64,000 bases of DNA, taken from Hormiphora californensis. Its lineage: Eukaryota > Animalia > Ctenophora. The stretch is taken from the NCBI GenBank assembly GCA_020137815.1, contig CM035351.1, positions 6,262,001 to 6,326,000 on the forward strand, given 5' to 3'. How positions within the stretch are numbered: the first letter of the stretch is position 1; each line of letters starts with the position of its first letter. Positions 25,721-38,063 of the stretch are shown one piece after another. Under the pieces are notes generated by a model. The model was not told the DNA's origin, searched no databases, and saw only the letters and a program-made list of their open reading frames with translations. A program made the position numbers and the translations under genes.

Positions 25721-26974
25721 TAACCTAGATGTTATCTCTCTATCTCTCTATCTAGAGATCTAATCTTTGCATCCCTAGATGCTATCTCTCCATCGCTAAA
25801 TGCTACATCGCTATCAAGACCAACATCGCCATCTCCAACATTCATGTTAGTACCCCACCCTAATTTTAAAGCTACCGGCTACCCCATCATCATTTTATTA
25901 CCCCATCTCTCAGTTAGCCCACGCTACCTCTCACTCTCAACTACCCAGGAGTCAGGTACCCTATTTCTCTCCCTCCCCCTTCCCAAAAAGAGAGGGTACA
26001 CCGTGCCCAACAATTAGCCCACATCACCTCTCACTCTCACCTACTCAAACACTATGTCTCAAGTACCCGGCATCTCTACCACCCTACCCGTTGGGTCCCC
26101 CACGCTGCTAGATACCTATGAAATTTTGCTAGATGCCCCTAAAACCCCCCTAAATACACCAATACATCCACTAGAAACCCGTCGGACTCTACAAAATACC
26201 CCTCAGAGCATTATTCACGAACGGACACTATCACACCATGTCATTCTTACAAGCGGACACACACTAACATCGTTACTAAAATCTCTGTCTTTTCTCAGGT
26301 ATTATTGACCACGTTAGACCTTCCACGACCTTCCCCACGAAAACTTTAAATTGCCAAGGTTTGTGATGAACTACAACAACATGGACACCTGAAACTCGCC
26401 ATTTTCCAGGTACAGTGTTGTCTTGTTCGACCCTCCTTCCCCGAACAAAACCAGTACAGTGTGGGAGCGGCCAAAATTCACGTGGGAGTCACGTGACACA
26501 ACGTTATTTTATGTGCACTATCTCTCTCTATCTCTCAAATATGTAACGGTTTTCAATTCAGGTGTGATCATTACGGCAGACGAGTTCACTCTTCCTATGG
26601 TTCCCACAATCAAGGGAGGGAGGGAACATGTTTTTTCATCATCACGGGACTGTTGAAGTCGGTTAAGGCACCCACGGAGCTAAGCCGTAATCTCCCTGCT
26701 GTGCATCAAGCTAACATTGGTCCTTAGATGGCCCTACCTCTGCTGATGACTGTAAACTGCAAGGATTTCAGTGCAGTGGAGACATTGATTGTCAAATCTA
26801 CTATCCTGGAGCCCCATGAACAAGTTTAATGTGTAAGAGTGACTCTTGTATATATTTCCCAATAATAGTTCCCCTCAATGTGCTGTATGTGTCTAGAGAG
26901 AGGGCTTGAGGAGACGAGTATTTTAATTTTAATTTAGGTGGACCCATAAAGGGAAGATCTATATATATATATAT

Positions 26975-28203
26975 ACCTCGACCAAAACGCGGAGTTTTTA
27001 CGTCAGCCGACCCGAAACCGGATTAAATTTTGCCACCCGCTGGTCTCAGGGCCTCCAAATATGTCAAAATATGTCTGAATTGTTATTTGGGGTCATTTAG
27101 ACCTTTTAATTACATGTAATTACCCTTTAATTACATGTAATTACATTTTAATTACATGTAATTACTTCCAATTACATTCCAATTACTTCAGCACCTCGAG
27201 AGCTTTCGAACGCACCCTAGAACACCTTTCTACTCCTTCTAATTGCCGAGTTCTGTATGCCCCTTATTTTGACTGTTTTTCGCGTCCTACCCCTTATAGG
27301 TTTGGGTATGGCCATCGCCACACCCCCTATACGTCGCGGGACCTCGAGACCTTTCCAACGAGCCATAGAACACCTCTCTACTACTTCAGGGGGCTTCAAA
27401 ACTTTCACTCTAAAAATATCTATGGTTATGGTTTTATGGTTATGGTTTACCTCGACCAAAACGCGGAGTTTTTACGTCAGCCGACCCGAAACCGGATTAA
27501 ATTTTGCCACCCGCTGGTCTCAGGGCCTCCAAATATGCCAAAATATGTCTGAATTGTCATTTGGGGTCATTTAGACCTTTTAATTACATGTAATTACCCT
27601 TTAATTACATATAATTACATTTTAATTACATGTAATTACTTCCAATTACATTCCAATTACTTCAGCACCTCGAGAGCTTTCGAACGCACCCTAGAACACC
27701 TTTCTACTCCTTCTAATTGCCGAGTTCTGTATACCCCTTATTTTGACTGTTTTTCGCGTCCTACCCCTTATAGGTTTGGGTATGGCCATCGCCACACCCC
27801 CTATACGTCGCGGGACCTCGAGACCTTTCCAACGAGCCATAGAACACCTCTCTACTACTTCAGGGGGCTTCAAAACTTTCACTCTAAAAATATCTATGGT
27901 TTTATGGTTTTATGGTTTATGGTTTATGGTTTTATGGTTTTTTTTCATCTGGTATTAAGGGCCTGTCGGCTCGGCCCCGTTGTTTTAGTTTTAGGGGGGA
28001 TGTTTTAGGGGGGATGGGTTGAGTTTGGGTTGTATTCGGGTCGGGGGGCCTTGCCAGGCCCCGAATGGTTATGGTTTTTTTTCATCTGGTATTAAGGGCC
28101 TGTCGGCTCGGCCCCGTTGTTTTAGTTTTAGGGGGGATGTTTTAGGGGGGATGGGTTGAGTTTGGGTTATATTCGGGTCGGGGGGCCTTGCCAGGCCCCG
28201 AAT
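26975..28203. mobile_element. Composite tandem element: 2 x 474-bp units, (tatggtt)n and 2 x ~135-bp units ending in a GC hairpin, flanked by (TA)n; Helitron/Helentron-derived-like
   Basis: acctcgaccaaaacgcggag at 26975 and 27449. The short unit ends in ggggcct-tgcc-aggcccc twice (about 28045 and 28182). Confidence 0.55.
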
Positions 28204-28355
28204 ATATATATAATAGTGTCACCATTACTTTATTTGTAAACCTGTAAACCTGTATTTTTTTGTAACATGATTTTTCCAAGTTTAGTTTCTTCACCTTGAA
28301 AATTGTTGTTTTGTTCGAACAAGGCAAGAAAGTTGCTCATGATGTCTTTAAAAAC

Positions 28356-28967
28356 AACCCCAACACCGATTGGCATCACTTTTCCAGCAGCCCTCATGTC
28401 CAATTTGCCACAGTTTGATATATCTTTACGTCGCGCGCGTTTGTTAAATCTTTTATCGAAAGTCCATGTTAGTCAGCATTTGATAACCGCGCGTACGACC
28501 CCCTAGGCCCTTTAGGGCCTGTAGCATAGGCCAACTTAACCTTTTTGAAAGTGTTTTTACATGTGAATAGGGATCCCTAAAAAAGTTCAGTATTTACACA
28601 GAGTTTACACAGTCTTTACTCAGTCGTTACACCCAGAGCGGCGCGTGCTGCGCACAGTGGCTTTTTCCAAGAAAATATTGGATTGTGTGCTGCACAATTG
28701 ACAAAATTGAGCGCTGCGGCGAAAAAAGTTTCCGAAAACGCTGCAAATCGAGTGCGAAAGACGCAGTCGTTACACCCAGAGCGGCGCGGGCGCTCTGGGT
28801 GTAACGACTGAGTAAAGACTGTGTAAACTCTGTGTAAATACTGAACTTTTTTAGGGATCCCTATGAGACTCATCGCGATTAACTCTTCATACGGTTACCC
28901 CCTTTCTCTCTTCGGCAGCTTCTCTTCGGCTGTCGGAAAGTGATGCCAATCGGTGTTGGGGTTAGTG
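28356..28967. mobile_element. Longer copy of the aaccccaacaccgattggcatcacttt-TIR element
   Basis: About 28-bp TIRs; the right end is shared with 22545-22649. Confidence 0.7.
28569..28862. mobile_element. 294-bp MITE with ~72-bp TIRs and 2-bp AT TSD, nested in the previous element
   Basis: agggatccctaaaaaagttcagtatttacacagag...cagagcg and its exact reverse complement. The empty site gtga-AT-gagact is seen at 22541-22552. Confidence 0.85.
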
Positions 28968-30082
28968 AAAAATTTTACATCTTCGGAAAAGACCCCGAGG
29001 CCCGAATGTTGTGCTCAGCGAGCCTCCTATGACTGTATTTCTAGCTAGCTATGATATATTTTGTGGACACAACGTCATTTCCTACCCCTCAGCCTGCTTA
29101 TTTTTGACACCTTCTCAAGTAAGGCCCGGTTAGCCGCCTTGGAAGTTGGATTTTTTCTTCTTGTCCGTCCAAAGTGCAAAGGCATTGGCCGTTGTCTGAT
29201 GCTACTAGGTTGTGTATCATTGTCTCTAAGTATTGTTTAAACCGCTTTAGGACACCGCTGATGTGAACTGTATACTTTCCCCTCTCAGCCTTGTATCACT
29301 TTATTCTTTAATTGGTGTACCGTGTTACGTGTATCGTGTAAGAGCGGGGCGAAGTTATATATTAATTGTTGTTATGTTCTAACCTTCTAACCCTCCTTTA
29401 CATTGTAACGCGAAACAGAGTCTAGCTAGGCAAATCAATTGTGCGACTTTGTGATAATTTGTGCGTAAACTTTAACTTTAACTTGAACTTAAACACCGGT
29501 TTATATCACTGCGATATTATGATAATATCGCAATTCGCAGATAATATTATTATCACGGTTTTCCCAGCTGATTGGTGCATTTTTTGTGGCATTTATTGCT
29601 GAAAGGTCGACGAGATACCTAAAACTTTCCTTCTGCCGTTGTAATTCCATTTATTATGATTCTTTTTCATAATTTTTGAAGTCGCACTTCGTGGGGCAAC
29701 TCCACGCATTCTTCCGTGTGAAAATTATTATACCCGGTTTTTGGTAAGATAAAGACTTTATTTGATCCGCCTTAGTCATTTTCCAGGGACTATAGATTCA
29801 ATAGTTGTTATAGTTGTTATTAAATCTGAATTCAAACAATGCGATGGGGCGACGGTTTCATTCCGTACATTATATTATATCGGTACTATATTGCGCTAAA
29901 AGCTGCTAATGTGGTTCATAATGAATTGTTTGAGATTTTTACATCAAAGTTAATGTCTTACGACTAACAGTGTGCTTTTTAAATAACGGGAATATATATG
30001 AATCATGTTGCTTTGTTTATATTTTGCAATGAAATGTCATGATAACAACATGAAATAACAATAACACTTATTACAGCAAGCA

Positions 30083-31202
30083 ATGGTGGAGATTTGTGCG
30101 GCTAATGGCGTCATCGAAGTATCAAAAACAGAACCTAACACAGGTAACACCCCCCTTGCCTTGTTTGGCCCTCTCTACCCTCCCCCTTACTTCATTCGGC
30201 CCTCTCTACCCCCAACCCCTCCCCTTACCTTATTCGGCCCTCTCTACCCACAATCATCTAAACACAGTTTCTCTCACAATTGAAGATTAACACTCTCACT
30301 AACCTGAGTTATATATCTCCCCTCAGAAATAAAATCAAAAGAAGATCCCAGTAGTAATCCAGCTGATGTTGTTGTGGAGGGGAGTAAGGAGGAGGAGGTA
30401 GATCCTTCCCAATTCTCCTCCATCAGATACACACGGGAGGAGTTGTTAATCCTTGAAAAAACAGATCTATCCATTCTCAGACCTGACTATCTAGCTATCG
30501 CATATGACAGGTAATATTAAGAGATACAAAAATCACTGATTACTTGCCTTGATTCATGAGTGCGTCAGATCTGATTTGAACACTACTGTTTACTGATCAC
30601 CCCCCCCCCCCTCTGTAGAGACGGCCTATGGGATCCCATGCAATGGCACAGTAGTTCAGGGGAAAGCACTGCGTCAGGAAATGGCCCCGTTGGCACCCTA
30701 GAATTCAGGAAGCGGACCAAGTCTAACCCGGACGCGAAGGAGGCAGATGTGGTGTTGTCACCTCAACGGATGAGTTTTATTAACGGGTGTGCGGGCAGTA
30801 AACAGGGTGACGAGGTTGTAGGACCAAAGACTAACGGAATTCGACCCAAGGGTGGTAATGGGGTGGCCACCAAATTCGACAAGGACCCTCGATCATTATC
30901 TAACTCTCTAGTGGGTCGAGATCCAGATAGAGAGAAACATGTTCAGAACTACAGCGGCAATAGGGAACAAATCAGAAAGGCTATACGGGACTTACACGAA
31001 AATCGGAGTAAAGAAGCATACGCCAGGGTACGTATTTTCTGGGGCACCCTTTATGTCTTTCTTGCATCATCCTTAAAGCAGCAGGTGTTTTTTCTCTGTT
31101 ACAGTTGCTATAGTGTCTGCAACATCCTGTGTGTGTGGTGCTCTCTCCCTCTTGATACACATTGTTTTATGTACACCTGCTTCCTTATCGTTCTATCTCT
31201 AT

Positions 31203-31259
<57 letters not shown>

Positions 31260-31485
31260 CACTCTCTATCTGCCTCACTCTATCTCTCTGCCTCACTCTC
31301 TATCTCACCTCGCTATCTCTCTCTTTTTTTCTATCTCTTGCTCTTTGTTAAAGAAGTCCCCCTCCCATCATTCATGATACTACGCAATAACGATGCTTTC
31401 CATCCAACCGCACCTTAGTCATTACATCAATTTTACACTCTTTCTATTGCTCGCTATCTCTCTCTCTCTCTCGCTGTCTCTCACG

Positions 31486-31544
<59 letters not shown>

Positions 31545-34500
31545 GCTCTCTCTCTCATTCACTCACTCTCTCTCTCTCTCTCCCTTTCTTTCTAGCACAT
31601 CCCCACGTATTATATGTAGGACACCTTCGCGGCGCTCTAGGGGGCACACCTCTCCCCCTCTCTCTAATATTATATGTGGTTTGATCCGAATGTGAACTAT
31701 TTACAGTGGAGAGAGGACACTGTAAATTAGCACCAGTCAAGAAGAGGGAGAGATAGAAAAAGGGGGGAGAAAGAGAAAGGGAGAGAGAGAGAGAGAGAGA
31801 GAGAGTGGGGGAGGGAGAACGGTGCTGTGTTGCAACAGAGAGATGTGTCGTGTGTGTAATTGGCTGTTGTTCAAACTACCCACAACTAAAAGCAACCTGG
31901 CGTGACGGGCACGATGTTGGCACACATACATACAGAATGTACAAAAAAGCGTACGCACTTTTGATGTCTATTGTCTATTCCGTTTCCGACCATTTTTCAC
32001 TTCCAATTTCCCCCACTCTCCCTAATCTCCCCTCCCCCTTTATTTCACTGTCACACCCTCAGGAAAGCGAAGACGGAGCATGGACAAGAGGAGGAGGTGG
32101 TGGTGAGGGGGCTGGGGGCAGCTATGAATATCGACCTTACAAAGACACTAAATACTCTGTAAGAACATCCCCCCTTTTTAATCTTTTTGTAGTTGGCTTA
32201 CGGACTCTATTGTGGTTTGTGTGTGTGTGTTTGTTCTAACGAACCCCTCGTACCCAGAACGGTGGAAAGAGAGGTTGGAATCCGAGACATAACAGCGAGG
32301 CTAGTAATGACGATGCCGAACCGGAATGGTTTACATCAGGTCCCACATCACGTTTAGATGTCATCGAACTGAAAGGATTTGAGGGTATGTTGGGGCATTT
32401 TGGGACAGTTTTGTAGATAGCGCAACCGCGACTAGCACGCTCAGGTCGGGTTTTGTAAAGAGTGGGATGTTGCTAGCATGGATTGTTGTGCGCGCACGCG
32501 CTCACTACAATTCCCAGCCCGCTGTGTGACCCCGGCCTGATAACACCAGCTGTCCGTTACTCCCTGGATCTTATCTAACACCCTGCCCCTCCTCTTTATC
32601 AGATGATGATGAGATACACTCTAACCAGAGACCTCCCAATAATCCCTCGAAACAGAGGGAAAGTGAGCTTGCTATGGACCCACTGGGTAATCCTGATATA
32701 TCCGCTGTTAATCAATGTAAGAGCTGTGCTGGTATGGGGAGGGCGGTACATGCCCCCCTCCCTATTGTAGGTGCTAATTGTCAGGCGACAGGGAGTCCGT
32801 GGTATTTCGTAGAGGGGGAAAAGAACCGCTGAGCACTATTCCAAATTGCATCAATTATGTAGCGAAAACAAACTGAATGTGTAAAATGTGTTAATTTTCT
32901 CTCTAACACGCCCCCCTCACAGTCGCGAATGAGAGTACTTATAGTACTGGATTACAGGAGGATTGGGACCCGACTAATCCCAAGTTCAACATTGGAGCAC
33001 TCCATGACCCACAGGCGTTCTTTGAGGAAGGAAAGGTGTGTAGTTTTTTATTTAGAAAAGTCTGACATGATGCGACACTATGTCAACACTACAATTTTGG
33101 CGCAACTAACACTATAGATATTAATATATATTGTCCCACCAGGATCTGCTAGAAGCTGAGAGGAGTATGCCGGGTGGAGGAGGAGGGGGGCCAGGTGGTG
33201 ATCAACCTAATGGAGGTATTGATTTCTGGGGCAACCCAGCAGCATCTAGTCCTAAAGAGTTTAACAACAACAACCAACCTCTCGATCCAAATAAAGGTAA
33301 GGAGATAGTACTTCTTCTGAATGTCTATCAAAACTTAACCGGTAAAAGTTAACGAATACATCAATATTAATTACAAATTCCCTTCCCTGCAGCGTCTGAG
33401 ATTCAGTTTGGTGAAAATATTGCAACCTGTAACCTGAAAGCCATGCTAGGAGTCAACATTGACCACCCCGGGTAAGCCTCACACTCTCCCTCTCTCACTT
33501 CAGGTTTCCCACCGTTCCCCTCTTCGAGGCACCACAGGATATTTCTGGAAAACCTGGCTGCAGCAGGAATTACCCCTCCATCATTTCCCAGTGATAACAT
33601 TCAAGCACACCATTCCTTCACCCAAATTGTTACAACACCAACCGTGCCCGATCCATCTGCCGCTGCTGCACGTGCAGCCGCCACGTATGCATTCAGATTC
33701 ATCCACAGATTCATTTTATCATATACATTCAGATTCATCCATAACACGTTATGTTGAAATTAATATTATATGTTCCTACCATCCACTTGTAACAAGTTGT
33801 CACTTGTCTCATCTCTAACTCTACTGCCCCCTCTCTTCAGAATGCCCGATATGGGTAACATGGGACCACCACCCCCTGGATCGGGCCCAATTAGGCCTAA
33901 TATGGAAGACCCTATCATGAGACAACTCTTAGCAGGGAGGCCACCTGGCTTCAAAATGTAAGTTTTACTTGATACTATCAGTCGAGCAGCTTATCTCTCT
34001 CCAATATTTGAGTTATCGCTTTTTGAGATGCTTTTAGTTGTTTTCTCTTCAATTTATCTATTGATGTGTTTTATCTTCCAGGCCAACGCCCGATATGATG
34101 AACCCAGGTGTACCTCGAAACATCCGAGAGCTGCTCTTCCAGCGATCCCAGTCAGAGCACCTCCCGCCACCAGGGCCCATGCTGCCCCACCCTGGACCTG
34201 TGATGCAGCCCCGGGGTCCACCTAACCACGAGCAGCTCCTTCGCGATCTGAGGATTAACGATCCTAGGATGGTAGACCCGCGTGTTGTGGATCCTAGATT
34301 TGTGGATCACAGATTCAACCTTCCCAGCCCCGGTCAGATGAAACCGGTAAGTGTGTTTGTTGATGTTAAACACTTCTGGCAGGCTGACAACAGTAACTGC
34401 ATTTCCACCACTCTGTAACATATTTTTCTCCAGGGTATGCCCCAGAATGGTCCAATGCCCCAAAACGGACCCATGCCCCAGAACGGTCCCATGCCCCAAA

Positions 34501-35622
34501 ATGGCCAAGAGCTCCTCAAAGCAGTGAAGAAAGATCCTGCTCAGATAGACAAGGTCATCAACTGTCTGCAGAATGCTCTCAAGAGTGGAACAGCCCCGCC
34601 AGACAGCAAGAAAACTGTGAGTGTATCAGCGCCCCCCCCCCCACTCTTCGTTTCAGCAGTACGGCCCCGTTTTCTGTCCCTTCTCTGCGCCAACCATGCT
34701 CCGATAGGGTCTACCTGTTGTCTTCATTCTCTCTTTACCTACCCTCCTCACAATGTAATTCCCCTGTGTAGATGATCGCTCTGCTACAAGACATGGAGAA
34801 GGCTAAGGCGGAGCACTTCCGTTTCCAGATGCTAACAAAGGCCCAACACCAGTTCCAGAAACAGAACCATGATGCCATTGTAAGTACTCTTTGTCAGTGA
34901 TTGAGAATGAGATAGACACAGGATCGGATGAGAGAGGGAGGGAGAGATACATGTGTATCAGGACCGACCGAATCAGGAAACACTGGTCCCTGATTGGCTG
35001 ATTATCAGTCACGTGACCTAAATAACGAGTTCTGATTGGTTGTTTACTTGTTTCGGTCGGTTCCTGATGTGTATATTACCAGCTCGTAGTAAACATAGTC
35101 CTCCTAGCAAGTACAACGGCACAATTACGACCAAACCGTGAAGCAACAACTACTAGCGTTACACCTTAAAAATGTAATGTTATGCATGTGTAGCTGTGTT
35201 TACCCAGAAAACAAAATGTATGCACCGATCTGACTGAATTAATTGTGCTTTCTCAATAAAATATACAATCCCACATACGTGCCTAATTTCTCTCTCTCTC
35301 TCTCTCTCTCGCTAGCTACTCTCTCTGCTCGTCTCTCTCTCTCGAACGTCTCTAGCTCTAGAGCTCGCTGCATCTCTCTCTCCTCTCGCTCTCTCTCTCT
35401 CCTCACTTCTCTCTTTCTCTCTCTCTTTCTCTCTCTAGTCTCTTCCCCTCTCTATTTTTCAATATATTTTGCCTCTCACACCGAGTGATAGCATGTAGCC
35501 TAAGCACTGCGTAAACAACACCATTCAGTTCTCTCCATCTATCTCTCCCCTCTCTTTCACTCTGTCTCCCACTCACTTTCTCTGTCTCTCGCTCTCTCTG
35601 TCTCTCTCTCTCTCTCTCTATC

Positions 35623-35659
<37 letters not shown>

Positions 35660-35662
35660 TTT

Positions 35663-35703
<41 letters not shown>

Positions 35704-36889
35704 TTTCTCTCTCTCTCTCTCTCGTCTCCTCTCTCTCTCTCTCTCTCTCTCTCACTTTCTCTCCATATCTATCTCTCCATCTCATTTCTCACCTGGGATT
35801 GCTAACCTGTCTGCTGTGAATCCCTCCCCCTCCATCTCTCCTCCCCCACACCACTCTAACACCCCTCCTCCACCTTCAGATGCACGATAAAACCCAGGCT
35901 CTCAAGGCCCTTCTCCGGCTACCAGGCCAGGGTGCCCCTCTCCTGACTGCCCCAGCCCGTATGGGACCAATGCCACCACCCCAAATGGAACAGCAGCCCC
36001 AACCCTTCATGAGACCCAGACTGTCCGGGGATGAGAGCATCCCAACTAGGATCACCGCTCACCAAAATGATCACAGGTAACCAGGGAGATGAATCATTGG
36101 GTCTCTAGTTTCTACCAGACAACTTTACTAACAATTCACTTTCAGTTTTGGATTAATTAATTGATTAATTACCAAATTATTTCTCCCTGCAGAATGTTGA
36201 ACAAAGGCCCCTTCCCCATGGCATTCACTCCTACCAGCGTTATGATCAAGAGCTCTGAGCGGGGGTTCAAGGAGGAGTGCCTGCCCCACGAGATGAACAT
36301 CAACCTGACACCCACACACATGCAGAACAGGATGAGGCCTCGATCTGGGGAGGGACCTGGCATGCCCCGTGTATCCCCTACTGAGCAGGATCAGGGACCT
36401 AAACCCGTCCCAACCATTGAAACATCCAGGGGTGGTGGTATCAAGCTACCCTTCCCTCCTGGCCCCTTCACCCCTCCCCACCCCATGGGGATGAAGGGAA
36501 TGCCACCTAACTTCATGGTTCACCCCCACCATCTTGCCAAAGGAATACCCCCGGTATGTAGATATCATTTTACTAGACCCTTACTGGTTTCCCCAGTTTG
36601 CATCACCCGCCCCTCTCTAACTCACGCTCTAATTCCAGTCTCCCCGACACATTTCCTCTCAACTACTGATGCAAGAACTGATGCACAGCAACAAGCCCAG
36701 TCCTACCTTCAACCACCACATCCAGCCGGTACGTGTTTATTCGATTCGGAGAGAGTCGTGCATGTGGGTGTGTGTTTGGGGGACGTATAATCAAACGTGG
36801 ATTGTCACTATGTGTTACCATGGTAACTAATCTATTTTCTAACACTCCCTTCTCTCTAGATGCCAAAGCCCAACGCACCGACGTTCTAA
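30083..36889 (+). CDS. EIF4ENIF1: eIF4E transporter (4E-T), multi-exon
   Basis: eIF4E-binding YTREELL followed by RPDYL..AYD|RDGLWDPMQWH; VVLSPQRMSFINGC; Cup-homology EPEWFTSGPTSRLDVIELKGFE (about 32318-32383); AFTPTSVMIK. First exon 30083-30143 and last exon 36860-36889 are inferred from splice signals. Confidence 0.88.
34959..35067. mobile_element. Approx. 108-bp dispersed element with short inverted ends (caggaccgaccgaa...ttcggtcggttcctg); partial inverted copy at 41055-41125
   Basis: Core gattggctgattatcagtcacgtgacctaaataacgagttctgattggttgtttac; the second copy is in opposite orientation. Confidence 0.7.
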
Positions 36890-37307
36890 ACAGGCTGATA
36901 ACTCTCAACAGTGGATCTCGTAACATCCCCCCTTGTGTGCCGCCGCCAACAGAGGAGGGATGTGTGTGTCCAACAACCCGCCAATCTCCCCATTGCAATC
37001 TCTCTCGACAAACGTTTTACTATTTATAATTTTGTACTATTCTCGGTATATTGTTTAATTTATTTGGAGTATCCATCGCCAACCCCCCACATATTATGTA
37101 AAAGTATAATACAGTGATATATCGAGTAATATTGTGAACACTTGTTAGTTGGGTGTGATATCACCAAGAATTCTCCGTCCGTGTGTGTGAACTGTGTGAT
37201 CGACATGTGTGTTTGTGTGTGTGTGTGTGTCCGAAGGCTTTCTTTTTTTCTCCGTAACAACAAGTAGCAACAGAAGATGTTAAATCGTTTTGTCAATTCA
37301 AGCTCTA

Positions 37308-38063
37308 ACGGGTGACAACTAAAAATTGTCCCTAATTTAAAACGGCTGTAGAATTTTTCCCTTTTGAGATACAGCTTCGGGCCAGCGATAGAACGATTTT
37401 TCAGACAATTTTAAATCGGAGTAACATAACGGCGAAGACTAAAAAGTTCATTTTCATTGCGATATCGCATCATTTCCTCTTGCCCCACCAAAGCATGAAG
37501 TACGTGAAATCTACACAATCTTCTAGCACCTCTAGCGCCTGTTCTGTTTGAGATACAGCTTCGGGATAGCGATAGAATGATTTTTCAGACAATTTTGAAC
37601 GAAATTAACTTTGTTTCAAACTCCGTTAATCTCAATTTCCTGATCAGAATCTTCTGTAACAAAGCGGTGTTTACAGGTAATTTGAGAAATCGCCATTTCG
37701 ACAATCTCTTGAAACATTAATGACGCGGAAAACCAACTTCCTAATGAGCTGAAATTTTCAAACTTGGCAGTTATGTTGGTTATGGCATGAACGACTAGAC
37801 TTCCAATTTTGAGAATTCTATCTCATCGGGAAGGTCGTTTCTGATAACATAGAAATTTCAAATCTCCGTACTACATGCTTTGGAGGGACAAGAGGAAATG
37901 ATGCGATATCGCAATGAAAATGAAATTTTTAGACTTTGCCGGTATGTTATTCCGATTCAAAATTGTCTGAAAAATCGTTCTATCACTAGCCCGAAGCTGT
38001 ATCTCAAAAGAAAAAATTTATACAGCCGTTTTGAATTAGGGACAATTTTTAGTTGTCACCCGT
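37308..38063. mobile_element. 756-bp non-autonomous DNA transposon with long (~165 bp) imperfect TIRs and TA TSD
   Basis: TA|acgggtgacaactaaaaattgtccctaat ... attagggacaatttttagttgtcacccgt|TA; pairing extends to tcattgcgatatcgcatcatttcctcttg. Confidence 0.85.

Larger units (their letters stand above)
22946..26830 (+). pseudogene. Spliced locus of unknown identity: decayed gene or short 78-aa hydrophobic ORF
   Basis: Exon-like blocks with canonical sites at about 22940-23113, 24025-24168, 26299-26410 and 26562 onward. One frame has in-phase stops TAG 22987, TAA 23107 and TGA 24099. Another frame gives an intact 78-aa ORF across exons 1-2. Confidence 0.35.

Noticed and set aside
27217-27958. 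Duplicated ORFs in the 474-bp repeat
   Set aside because: No recognisable domain; they sit inside a non-coding repeat element.
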